NCBI GenBank assembly: GCA_000934665.2
Contig: JYFJ02004290.1
Span: forward strand, 1-33,305
From: Catajapyx aquilonaris
Taxonomy: Eukaryota
Direction of reading: 5' to 3'
DNA length: 33,305 bases
Under the pieces are notes generated by a model. That model saw nothing but the letters and a program-made list of their open reading frames with translations, was not told the DNA's origin and made no database searches. The position numbers were made by a program, and so were the translations under genes. Positions 20,501 through 30,687 of this stretch are shown here, in pieces. Numbering within the stretch: the stretch's first letter is position 1; every line of letters begins with the position of its first letter.

Positions 20501-23500
20501 ACTACTTTAGCTGTAGTTTATGGAATCTTGCTTTTAATCTAATACACTACCATCAAACTTTGCCTTTTTAAAAATTCTGGGAAACGAAGTACTGTGTATG
20601 TTGGTGTGGCGCTGCCCTCACCTGCTTGACTGTTGATGAGTAAATATGAAACGACTCTGCAGTGCACTCTCTTAAATGGAGAAGGAGAGATTTATAAAGG
20701 TTGGAAGTTGGAATGACTCTAGTATGTGCAATGACTACCACTCGAGGATTCCCTTGTCCTATGTGATCTATGCACTGTTTGGGGAGCAAAATAGAGAATA
20801 ATATTAATTTCAACTTTTTCATACAAGTTTTCAGGTTGTGTTAACTATTGATATTAGTGTATGACACTGAACATAAGACCTTGTTTTTGTCATGGAGCTG
20901 GGGATTTTTGAAAATTTGATGAAGACAGCTGCTGGAGTGTTTGTTGTAAGATCAATTTTGGCATATATCAATAATATAATCATTGAGGGTGTTCCTAATA
21001 ATGTTAGATGAAAAAGTGAAACCCAGTTTTTTTATCTACCCTGATTCCCAACAGGGATATCCAGATTTGACAATAATATTGCTAATTTGTGATTTAGTGG
21101 GGAGACGGAGGGGCGCCGCGGTAACGCGCGCGCCCACGGAAGTTAAGGTCCCGGGTTCAATCCCCACCCGGGGTTCCCACCTTCTTTCGTGCAGAGTTGG
21201 GCCACCTCTGGCTTCGTTTCGGGTGGCAATTTCCGGCAGACTAAGCCACCCGGGGGAGTTCACAAAATGACGATTAGAGACATTGCACTTGCACTTTGCA
21301 CATCCCCTCCCACCCACCCTTGGAGCATACTAATTAAGATTCTTCTTAAACTCGCTCCAAAAACAAATTCCAAAGGTGGCAACCCACCCCCCCTAAGCTA
21401 AGGAGTAGTATAACTCCCCCCGTGGGGTAATGAAAAAAAAAAATGTGATTTAGTTCTCATGGTCACCAATGGTGTGAGGAGCCCAGTAGAGTTTTTTTAA
21501 AAAAAGTCTTATATCAATATAGGATTCTGACTAATTTTAGAGTCGCTTGTTTTCACAAAAAGGAAAAACTAATAGAATCGATGATTGCACTATCATGGCT
21601 GTGTGGTATCATATTCTTTCTAATGGTGTACTATACGAGGGGTGTTATATAAGTTCGTGGTTTCGCCTAGAAGGAGAAGCAAATGCGGAAGCTAAACAGC
21701 GCCATTAAATCGAGCCACCCTTCATACCCCTATATCCACCCAATTGACATAGGTGTCAAAGTCCTTGGGTTCAGAAATAATTCGGATGTGAAAGGGTGCG
21801 CAGCATCTTGTGAAGATGGCGAACATCGCACATCGCGCGGTCATCCAGTACCTGGTGGCACAGGGAATGGGTGCCAAGGACATCTTTGAGGACATGAAGG
21901 ATACATTGGCTGGCGATGCACCATCCTACAGCATGATCCAGAAGTGGACTGCCCTCTTCAAACACGGCCGAGACAGCCTAGAAGACGACCCCCGCTCCGG
22001 AAGACCCGTGTGTTCCACCACTGAAGAAAATGTGGCCAAAGTGGAGGAACTAGTGATGGGAGACCGAAGACTGACTATCAGGTACCTTGCTGAGGTGGTG
22101 GGCATCTCAAAAATTTCCATCCACACCATACTACATGACCACCTGCGCCTGTGGAAGGTGTCAGCACGATGGGTACCCCGAATGTTGTCGCCAGAACAGA
22201 AGGCGGCGCGTCGGGAGATGTCACAATCAAATTTGGACCTGCTGAATGCTGATGCAGAAGGATTTTACGCTCGTCTGGTCACACGACCAGGATGAAACCT
22301 GGGTACCTCATTATGATCCCGAGACCAAAGGTGAGTCGATGCAGTGGAAGCATCGGGGGTCACCACCTCCTAAGAAGTTCAGGGTGCAGAAATCCTCCTC
22401 CAAGATCATGGTCACCGTTTTCTGGGACGCCGATGGAGTGTTGTTGCTGGATTACCTGGCAAAGGGGGTTACCATCACAGGAGAGTACTACGCCAATCTC
22501 CTGAGGCAGTTGCGGGAAGCCACCAAGTCCAAACGCCGTGGGAAACTGCGAAAAGGTGTCCTCCTCCTCCAAGACAATGCCCCAGCACACACCTCGCGAA
22601 TTGCGATGGCTGCTGCGAGGGATTCTTCTTTCCAAGTACTTCCTCACCCACCCTATTCCCCAGACCTGGCGCCCTCGGACTTCTACCTGTTCCCGAACAT
22701 GAAGAAACACCTGCGGGGTCGACTCCATGGGAGTGACGAAGAGGTCAAGGCAGCTGTGGAGGACGTCTTGGGGGGGGTGGGATCAGTTCTTCCTTCTACC
22801 GGAGCGGTTTGGAGAAGTTGCCACGAAGATGGACAAAGTGTATTGACCGGTGTGGGGACTAAATAAAATGGTTTCTTTGTCATGTCTCGCGTATGTCGAC
22901 TTGAAACCACGAACTTATACGTATAACACCCCTCGTACAATGGGAAACCAGTAATTCACGCATATTAATTTCATGAACTAGGCACCAACCTGCCAAAACT
23001 AGGCAAAAAAATTATGCACAATTGCGAAAGTGGAGAGAGAGAGAGCGGGGGGGNNNNNNNNNCGCGGATCAGGCAGCGACATCTGACGGCTTTGTACCGA
23101 AGTAAGATGGTGCAGAGGTAGCGCCCGCGACCGGAACGGCGTTTATGGGAACTCGGTGGTGGTTGGTTTTTTTTAAGGCGGTCGGCGTTTTTTTGCGTTT
23201 TATAGATTGCCTGGACACCATTTCCAGAAAAAAAACAAAAAAAAACGTTTATTGCAAATATAGGACATGTGCACTAAATTTTGACATCACTTCCAATGCT
23301 GTAGGTCGTACACAGCGGGAGGAATCGCCATCACAGTAGGGTATTAATAATATGGATGTAAACTTTTGTGAACAATACACAGCTGAAACCATTTCTCGTC
23401 TGCTATCATTGCTGTAAACTATGAAATGAAAAGTACCAAGTACCAATATCTCTTAGCACTTTCTGTGCTGATTAGAAGTTTGAAAAAAAAGTGTAGGCTA

Positions 23501-26500
23501 CTCATTTAAAAAAAAATGTAGGGGTAGTGCTTTTCACCTTATCGGTATCTTCCCACATACCTTTATTATTACTCAATTGTACATTAGATGTATGTAGCCT
23601 ACACAGTTGGAACCATTTGCGAAACGCCCGGGCCCACGGGCAGGATGACAGGAGTGGATGTGCAAAGTGCAGTGCAATGTTGTTGCTAATGCCATTTTGT
23701 GAACTCCCCCGGGTGGATTAGTCTAAGGAAATTCCACCCGAAACGAAGCCAGAGATGACCCAACTCTCCACAAGATGAAGGGGGTGTTCCCGGGCTGGGA
23801 TCGAACCCGGGACCTTAACATCCGTGGGCGCATACGTTACCGCAGCGCCACTCCGTCTCCCTGTGAACTCATTATTTAAACCCATATGTCATTTTTTGGG
23901 ATGTAAGTAGAGAGAAAAAACTTTTCACCTAAAATTATGAGGAACACTCACTAAAAATTATTCTCGTGATACCATTCCAACTGATCTGACTACAACTGAT
24001 CTTTGTGCAGAATATGAATTGCAGGATGTTGATTAGATGAATGTGATGGACGTAATAATATAATGCAATGCACTTTCACTGATTGATCTTATCACAGCCT
24101 GAACGCAATCAAGTCTAGCTGCACCAGGAACATGTCAGGTGAAAGAAATTAATTAATCAGTAAATAAACATCAATGAATTCATATTAAAATTAGCACTTA
24201 AAACCTTATGTGGGCTCTGCTCACCCGAGGTAGCCTGATGATTATATAAGCTGTCAAGGGTTATTGTTCTTGATCCATAATAGCTGCTTGTGCGAACCTA
24301 GCCAGGGTTTGCAATAAGGTGTAGTCCAATGTAGATGCAATGAGGTAGTCCGAGGGTAGTCCTGAATCCTGATGATAGTCCTAAGCAGTGCCTGCTCGTA
24401 GGGGTCGCGGGGCCCTTCCAAAACGGGAGGGAGGCAAAATTCAGGGGTCCCGCCGAGATCCCGTACATTATTTGCTCGAATTTGCACCCTTTTCGAGGAG
24501 AAGCTCTAGAGAAGAGGGTGAACCTTGCGAATTTGGTCATTCATACGCGTATTTAAACAAGGTCTCCAAACTCCAATGACACTTTCCATGAATATTTTGG
24601 ATTTTTCATTCGTGAGATATTTGTGGTCAAACACAGGGTCCAATTTTTTTAAATGAATAGTGTAGGAGGCAGATCAAAGGCAGATTCGGCTGCTGTGCTA
24701 TTGAAAATCAAAGACACAAACAGCCTGAGCGGTGGCCATGCCGGGGCCCGAAGAGGGCCCTCCACTTCTTTGACTCGGAGAGCCAGCCATTGCTCATAGC
24801 GCTACAATACCAATTTCACATTATGCTGTAAAACGAGAACCACTAAAATGTATTGAACTTGTTTACTTCGGAATTACCAGGAAAATTCTGTAATAGAGCG
24901 TGGTCAACAATATTTTTAAAAGCTCAGAATCCATATCGTAGGCCACAGTCTGTCTTCAACCTTCTCGTTGTCATGGAACCCTTTTGCTCCTTTTTGCTCT
25001 CTACTTTACCAGAACCTTGTACAATATTGTCCCGTGATACCATGGAGAGTTAATAAGCATTATTATTCTAGTAGGCTACTCTCATCTGATTTAAATAATG
25101 CAGTAGTGGCCCAAGTTCCAGTTTCTCAATCTTTGGCGTGAGAATAATGGACCTGACAAGAATATTACACAGCAGCCACTACCTCAAATACATTCGCGGA
25201 ACACTGGTTGAAGACCTATAAGTTGTGGGGTAATTCACATTTTCGGAGAGCGTTTTGGAAGAATCCTGCATAAGGATTTACTTGTTAAATAATAAATTAT
25301 ATTTGTACAATAAAATAAAATAAAGTTGTTGGATAGTCAGGGAAGCTATAAATATTGCTAGATACCAAGCTGGTGGTCAAAGATGGACATTTGACACCCT
25401 ACGAACAGGTCCCCAGCGGAAAGAAGAGTATGCTGAGTTGTGGGTGTCCTGAATCACAACCCCATCGCCGTAGCAGACTGTGCCTGCATGTGGAAGAAGA
25501 TGAGAGCCATGTCCTAGCCCAGCACACAGAAGAGGCCATCCGGTTCATGGAAGCCGCCTGTAAATCCGGAAGACCCGTATTGGTTCACTGCTTCTCCGGA
25601 AACTGCCGCGGACCAGCCCTGGTCATCTGTTACCTCATGCAGGTATTGCCAATTAGTCATTGACATTACCAGAATTGGTTCAACCCCATAGGGTCCGTTC
25701 ACATGAGTGACGTCAGGACCATCAAGGTTGCGCCATTTCCTGTCGTGTCTCCCAAAAGCTCAAATCGCAACCATCGATACCGTTCCAGAAACTTCTCCAC
25801 CCGTCTCCATACTTGGCCTTGTTCTGATTTTTTTTTTTTTGTATGCAATTTTTTTTTCGTTGCACCTGCATTTTTTTTCTATTGTTCTTTAGCTTCCATG
25901 CCTGTTGGCATTTCGGAAGTAGCGTGGCGGAAGAGACCCGGAATCTCGCGTGGGGTCCTTGATGACCTGTCGTGCCCAGGCAATTAAGGGGGTTGTAGCA
26001 CAAGCAACCTCCCCCCCCCCCTTCACCCCCTACCTTTTTTCACCCTCCTTTTCCACCTACAATCTGCGTGTCCGTAAACTAAAATCCGCAACAGAGGTAG
26101 CCCTGAAGTGAATTTATGTGAGCTTTATCAAGCATACAATATATGATAATTGCCTAGAAGGAGTGCGGCCATTTGTTTTATTTGAATATGTTTTTTTAAA
26201 CAATAATTTTACACGTCAAGAAGCACTGTAGACATTATTAGCTCCTATTTACATTATAATTAGTAGTAGTCAACAATGCTAAGTACACAATTAATGTGAA
26301 AGTTGAAGTACTGCCGATTGAATTTTTCTTCAGTATTGTTGAAAAAAAAAAAGTTCGTTGCGACCTAGAAAGAAAGGCTTTTCCCACAATACCGATCCGA
26401 TCTGGCTAAGCGATAGGGGCTGAGTTTTAAGGGAAACAATTTAACATCTTCATTAAATGAAGGGCAACGTTTTGAGTGGGCTTCCCTTCCCTTTGAAAAT

Positions 26501-27615
26501 GCGAAGTGGCGTGAAGTGCAATTCATCATCCCCCTGGGATTAATTATTCGAAAAGCATATGGGGGTCGGATTAGTTTGGGAAGCTCTAATCAAGACCAAT
26601 CAATCAGGGCAATTACGGGCCTTCCCTGGACAGAATACCTCTGTTTTTGTCTCCATTCCTGTTCAGATTATTGCCTGATAGCAATCTGAAACGAGGGGGG
26701 ATCCCCCTCTGCCTTTCCTGCGTGTGTAGCATGTGTAGGAAACAGGACGGGCTTTATTCTTTGATTTTCACCAGATATTTACAAGTTTTTTTTTTATCTG
26801 TGATTTGTCAAAGTGCGAGGCTTAGCCAGGAGCAAACACGAATAATTAATAAAAATGGGGACAGAGGAACCTTGCTTTCCAATCGGACAATCTTGGTTTC
26901 TGTCTTAGAGGCGGCAGCTTTTTAAGTTGGGTCGAGTTTTTGATGCATACTTAGGAGTCGAAAACCAGCTTGAAGTAACCAATCCTCGTCTGCACCGGGC
27001 CTACCTTATTGTTTATAACTAATTGTAATATATATGGCGTGGTTCATTAAGGAAGGCATTGGACTGGTCATATCGTAAGCAGTAGGCCTAACAGTTATTG
27101 GAGACACGCGCCATTCTATCGGTTTTATGATGTAGTTAAACGTTCGTATTTTCCTACTACATTTATACATATATGAATCTAGTAGGAAAATATGAATACA
27201 TTTCTTGTAACTACAGCATGAAGTTATGAAATGGCGTGGTGGCTACTTGACCCAAAAGGTTAAAAGCCAATCGCTTCTTGTCGCCTTTCTTTGTGATCCT
27301 CTATGCAGGATACACCGGTAATTGTTACAGAAATAGTCTTCCTATGAGATCAATCGTAACTCGGCTGAACTTTTTGCATGCAACCATTGCATTGGTCTGA
27401 TTGTATCGTGGTCTATAATTATTTTGCCTAAGAATGTCTAGTTAAAATAAAACTTGCAGGTGGAAGGCATGTCACTGCAAGCTGCATACAAGAAAGTGAC
27501 AAAGGCCAGACCGTCAGTTCAACTTCGACCTGGTTATTGGACTCTCCTGAGGCGCGTGGAGGCCAAATCAGCCAACAGGCAAGAGGTCACATGTAGAGTC
27601 AACGCTTGGTGCTGA
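17529..27615 (+). CDS. Atypical dual-specificity phosphatase, ~305 aa; exons 17529-17702, 17780-17859, 19371-19644, 25409-25642, 27460-27615 (start uncertain: ATG at 17487, 17529 or 17562)
   Basis: DSP domain: LAQVIPYLFVGSIEAAYSE..LCRFGIDCILDVS, LHVEEDES, EAIRFMEAA..GRPVLVHCFSGNCRGPALVICYLMQVEGMSLQAAYKKVTKARPSVQLRPGYW..L...E. Phases 0/2/0/0 are consistent. AATAAA at 27695-27700. The last three exons are strong; the first two rest on splice sites and phase only. Confidence 0.8.
18288..18764. mobile_element. pogo/Tigger-like MITE (~186 bp without the insert), containing a SINE
   Basis: TIRs CAGTTGAATCCGGATATAAC and GTTATATCCATATTCAACTG|TA. Same family as the copy at 3189. Confidence 0.75.
18424..18700 (-). 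mobile_element. tRNA-derived SINE family B with a V-domain-like core
   Basis: Minus strand reads GGGCGACACGGTGGCGGAGTGGTTAGCGC...AGTTCGATCCCC; core GCGTGGGTTTTCTCGGGGTTCTCCCGTTTCCTCCCAC. 14-bp TSD CCTTTCGAGTATAT at 18410-18423 and 18701-18714. Confidence 0.9.
19920..20202. mobile_element. hAT (Charlie-like) MITE
   Basis: Perfect 16-bp TIRs CAGGGGTTCCCAACCT and AGGTTGGGAACCCCTG. 8-bp TSD CCATAAAC at 19912-19919 and 20203-20210. Contains a poly-C run with one N. Confidence 0.9.
20311..20414. mobile_element. Short degenerate hAT MITE
   Basis: Ends CAGTGTGGTTCCCAAA and TTTGGGAACCCCTG; TSD degraded. Confidence 0.55.
21099..21443 (+). mobile_element. tRNA-derived SINE family A, full-length copy 2
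   Basis: Head GGGGAGACGGAGGGGCGCCGCGGTAACGCG...GGTTCAATCCC (resembles tRNA-Arg(ACG)); poly-A tail. TSD TGTGATTTAGT at 21088-21098 and 21444-21454. Confidence 0.9.
21636..22935 (+). mobile_element. Full-length mariner element (1300 bp)
   Basis: TA flanks at 21634-21635 and 22936-22937. TIR CGAGGGGTGTTATATAAGTTCGTGGTTTC; the right copy carries a 4-bp insertion. Transposase inside. Confidence 0.95.
21816..22862 (+). pseudogene. Disrupted mariner DD34D transposase
   Basis: HTH region, PRSGRP, WVPRML, DETW, QDNAPAH and HPPYSPDLAPSD, with D34D spacing counted. Frameshifts at about 22284-22287 and in the G-run 22770-22777; TAA at 22860-22862 replaces the Y of the terminal GDY motif. Confidence 0.92.
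23054..23062. other. Assembly gap (9 N)
   Basis: Run of N after a (GA)n/poly-G tract. The true size of phosphatase intron 3 is therefore uncertain. Confidence 1.
23651..23861 (-). mobile_element. tRNA-derived SINE family A, copy 3 (head and body; tail not resolved)
   Basis: Aligns with 14624-14837 and with the reverse complement of 21099-21310; no clear TSD. Confidence 0.85.
24946..25220. mobile_element. Degenerate hAT-Charlie-like MITE
   Basis: Ends CAGTCTGTCTTCAACCT..GTCATGGAACCC and TTCGCGGAACACTGGTTGAAGAC share the inverted core GTCTTCAACC. Confidence 0.5.
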
Positions 27616-28984
27616 GACCGAGCACGATTTATTGGTAACGAGCACGAACACTGCACAGACTCATATGTACGGCACCAAAAATTTCAACAATGGAAATAAA
27701 GTCCCGAATTTATTGACAAGTACGTGTGTATTTCATCGCTTACGTCGGACATGGAACCTTTATCCGCTAGTATTATCACACCCCCAGTACTTTTTAATAG
27801 CTGCCCATGGGGCATAACTCGTTGTAAATGTCTTCCTAGAGCAGCCTGTCAGCAGACGTATTATTTGACATCATTTCTTGGAGTGCCAGCTTTTTATGCC
27901 CAGTGCTCCAAATACTCCTTGATGACCACTCGCATTGCAGAAACGTTCAAGATGGAGTCGTAAAGCATCCGATTCCGTGCCGAGCCAGAAGCGAGCTGCT
28001 GCAATCGCGGAAAACACGCATAGAGTATAGCTGAGAGTGTGTGTGACTCATGGAAAAGTCATTTGATCGTTACGTTAAATGGCATTGTGGGCCACTTCGT
28101 GCCGCTTAGGTCAGGCCGCCTTGATATCTCTGAACGGAAGAAATAGAAGAATAAGTCTCGATAAGAATAGCGCCAGACACAACAATCGGCCGTTTTTAAA
28201 AATAGTATTGGCATTTTCAAATTAGATGAGTAATATTTGTGGCCTGAGGATATTCGTGCAATGTCTGAATGTTTTACGAGCCTGTAGCATATAGGGTCTT
28301 GAGCACCATCACTCTCTGTAAGTTATTAATTGCACTGTTGTTCACTGACCGTTACAGACTATAATCAGATGTTTATTACGTTTCAGTTGTTCGATTTTCA
28401 AATTCAACCCATGCCATAAGTTGTAGGCCTACAAAAATGTGCAGCAGAAAAATACCGTATATCTGAATGAAAGGAATACGGGGAACAAAAATCAGCTTAT
28501 ATTCCTACAATGAATTTTTTGGTGAAAATATCGGAGAGGATAACGTTTGTCTCCTTACTTGCATGTGTGGCAAGATTACGTATACCGGCATATCATTAAT
28601 ACGATGGTCAATCAATGAATTGAGGGGTGTGGTGGAAAAACATGATAACTGACATTTTTGTCATTTTTGAACTAAACACCTAGCAACTATGTAAAAGACA
28701 TGACAAACATTTTGGTATACTCAAAGTTCACATATCATGCACCAGACGGCAACACGGGCTACATGATAACCAACATGCCATATTTTCAGGCACTTCTTCT
28801 GTTCTTCAAACGGAAAAACATGATAACTGACTCTATTTTTATACGCTTTGCATTCTTCCATTTAATACAGGGTGTAACAAAGGTTTCTGGCCCAGTCAAT
28901 ATTATACAGGGGAAATTCTCAGTTTTTTAAAGTTACTTACATGTCATCTTTTATGTTGATATTGTACTCCCATAATCCCCAGAA

Positions 28985-29382
28985 TATTATTTATTTATTT
29001 ATTACGTATCCCATTATCTGACCTTTGGGCCATTATTAGGGGTACACATAACCGCCATTTACATTCAGTCACACAACTGTATGCGCTTACAGACATTTAA
29101 GAAAAACGAGTAGGCATACAGTAGGAAAATTTGTAGTTTTGTTAGGTTATGAAAAACAAAAAGTGTTTGTTCCAGAGGGATGAAAGATAAAGCGTTAAGG
29201 TAAATTTTTCGAGGGGTGGCAAATATGGGGCACTCAAATAATAAGTGATGTGGTGTTAGGGGGACATTTAAATTGCACCAATCACAATTTTTTTCGCTTA
29301 CAAGCTGTATTGATATTCCAGTCTTTATGGGGAGATATTTTGAGCAATTTCTTAGATTTATCATCATGCGCTGTAGGTAAAG
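28985..29382 (-). mobile_element. 5'-truncated non-LTR retrotransposon (ORF2 C-terminus plus 3'UTR)
   Basis: ORF 29367-29065 contains the CCHC knuckle CDWCNLNVPLTPHHLLFECPIF..PRKIYL. Short 3'UTR and a (TAAA)n tail at 28985-29003. Confidence 0.8.
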
Positions 29383-30347
29383 TGCGTTGGATACCGATTT
29401 TAACGCTCTATGAGATGGTCATACTAATGATTACGAGAATCAAAAATTAAAAGTCAAAATTGGGCGCTCCAATTTTGATTTTGATTTTTCTCAAACTTGG
29501 ACCATTTTGAGATTTTTTGAATGGCCATTAAAATGAAGCTGGACATGTCTGGCCGATATTTCCGAAAACTCTCCGAGGACGAATTTGGTTTTTCATGTGC
29601 AAGAAGCCGAAACGCAACCCGTGTGCATGCGCTTGGACCAGCCCGCCCGCCTTTCCGCGTATATCCATCGTTCCTGCTGTACAGTACAACCATTCATGTT
29701 CATTAGTGGCAGTGTACATCTGCAGAATAATTGTTCTGGGCATGTATGCAGGCACAGTGCATGATAACCTGCATGAATCTTTATTTTTATCTTGAAGCCA
29801 ATATGCAGTATATTGGGGGCTCAGTTATGAAATGTGAATGGAATAATATTGTTTAAATTGGAGCGGAAATTTTTGACGCAAAATTTTCGATTTCCATAAT
29901 CATCAGTGTGGCCATTTCATAGACTGTTAAATTAGGTATCCAACGCACATATCAAGTTTGGGATTTGTAGTTATCCTCTTGGAGTTATGGTAATCCAAGT
30001 GACAGCATGAGAAGCAAAAATCCGTACACGGGTTGCGTTTCGGCTTCTAGCGAGTGAAAGACCAAATTCGTCCTCAGAGAGTTTTCGGAAATGTCGGCCA
30101 GACATGTCCAGCTTCATTTTAAGGGCCATTCAAAAAAATCTTGAAATGGTCCAAGTTTGAGATAATTTAAAATCAAAATTGGAGCGCCAAATTTTGACTT
30201 TAAATTTTTGATTCTCGTAATCATCAGTATGACCATCCCATAGAGCGTTAAAATAGGTATCCGACGCACACATCAAGTTTCGGATTTGTACTTATCCTCT
30301 TGGAGTTATGATAATCCAAGTGACTGCATGTGAAGCAAAAATCCGTA
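29382..30347. repeat. Foldback arrangement of a ~320-bp unit: inverted arms 29382-29624 and 30026-30269, plus a direct duplication 29933-30026 / 30254-30347
   Basis: Alignment by eye, e.g. GAAGCTGGACATGTCTGGCCGA vs TCGGCCAGACATGTCCAGCTTC; TTATCCTCTTGGAGTTATG occurs twice. Confidence 0.85.
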
Positions 30348-30378
30348 TAAATTGGTAGATTCCGCACTCTGTAGTTAC

Positions 30379-30687
30379 AAAAATGGGGTTGTATGAGGTC
30401 CCGGCTGGTTCGCCAGCGAGGGTACTCTCTTCCTCGAGCGGTCCTCGGACCTGACTCGCATTTCTTGGTTGGACGGGGTGCTTGGGAGAATATCCCACCC
30501 CCGTCCCTGGGTTGGACCCGGCATTGCAGTACAGCCGGGTCCAGCCCTCCTCTCCCCCACCCTTCTCACCCACCCCTACCTTGCAATCCCACACCTTCCT
30601 CTCCTACCCCCGGCTGCCAAGGCTCGACTCAGACAGAGCCATACAAGCTGGGTAACCCTTCCTACCAACCAACCAACCAACCAACCA
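30379..30687 (+). mobile_element. Retro-insertion (SINE or LINE 3' end) with a (CCAA)n tail
   Basis: 13-bp TSD ACTCTGTAGTTAC at 30366-30378 and 30688-30700. (CCAA)n tail at about 30665-30688; no pol III boxes seen. Confidence 0.8.

Noticed and set aside
21099..21175. tRNA genes here and at about 14765-14837, 18630-18700, 23790-23861 and 32401-32475
   Set aside because: A and B boxes are present, but each is followed by a SINE body, and most have a tail and TSD. No clean cloverleaf.
22246..22866. SETMAR-like or domesticated transposase, or programmed frameshift
   Set aside because: It has TIRs and TA flanks, two frameshifts and a nonsense codon, with no SET domain or slippery site at the first shift. 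It is an ordinary dead mariner.
24200..24580. GC-richer block with short GTAGTCC repeats and overlapping small ORFs
   Set aside because: Probably a repeat fragment, but I found no termini, TSD or protein motif to support a call.
27610..27700. Cys-TGA at the phosphatase end as possible selenocysteine read-through (28 more sense codons)
   Set aside because: No SECIS recognised, the AATAAA overlaps the next stop leaving little 3'UTR, and the extension is not domain-like.
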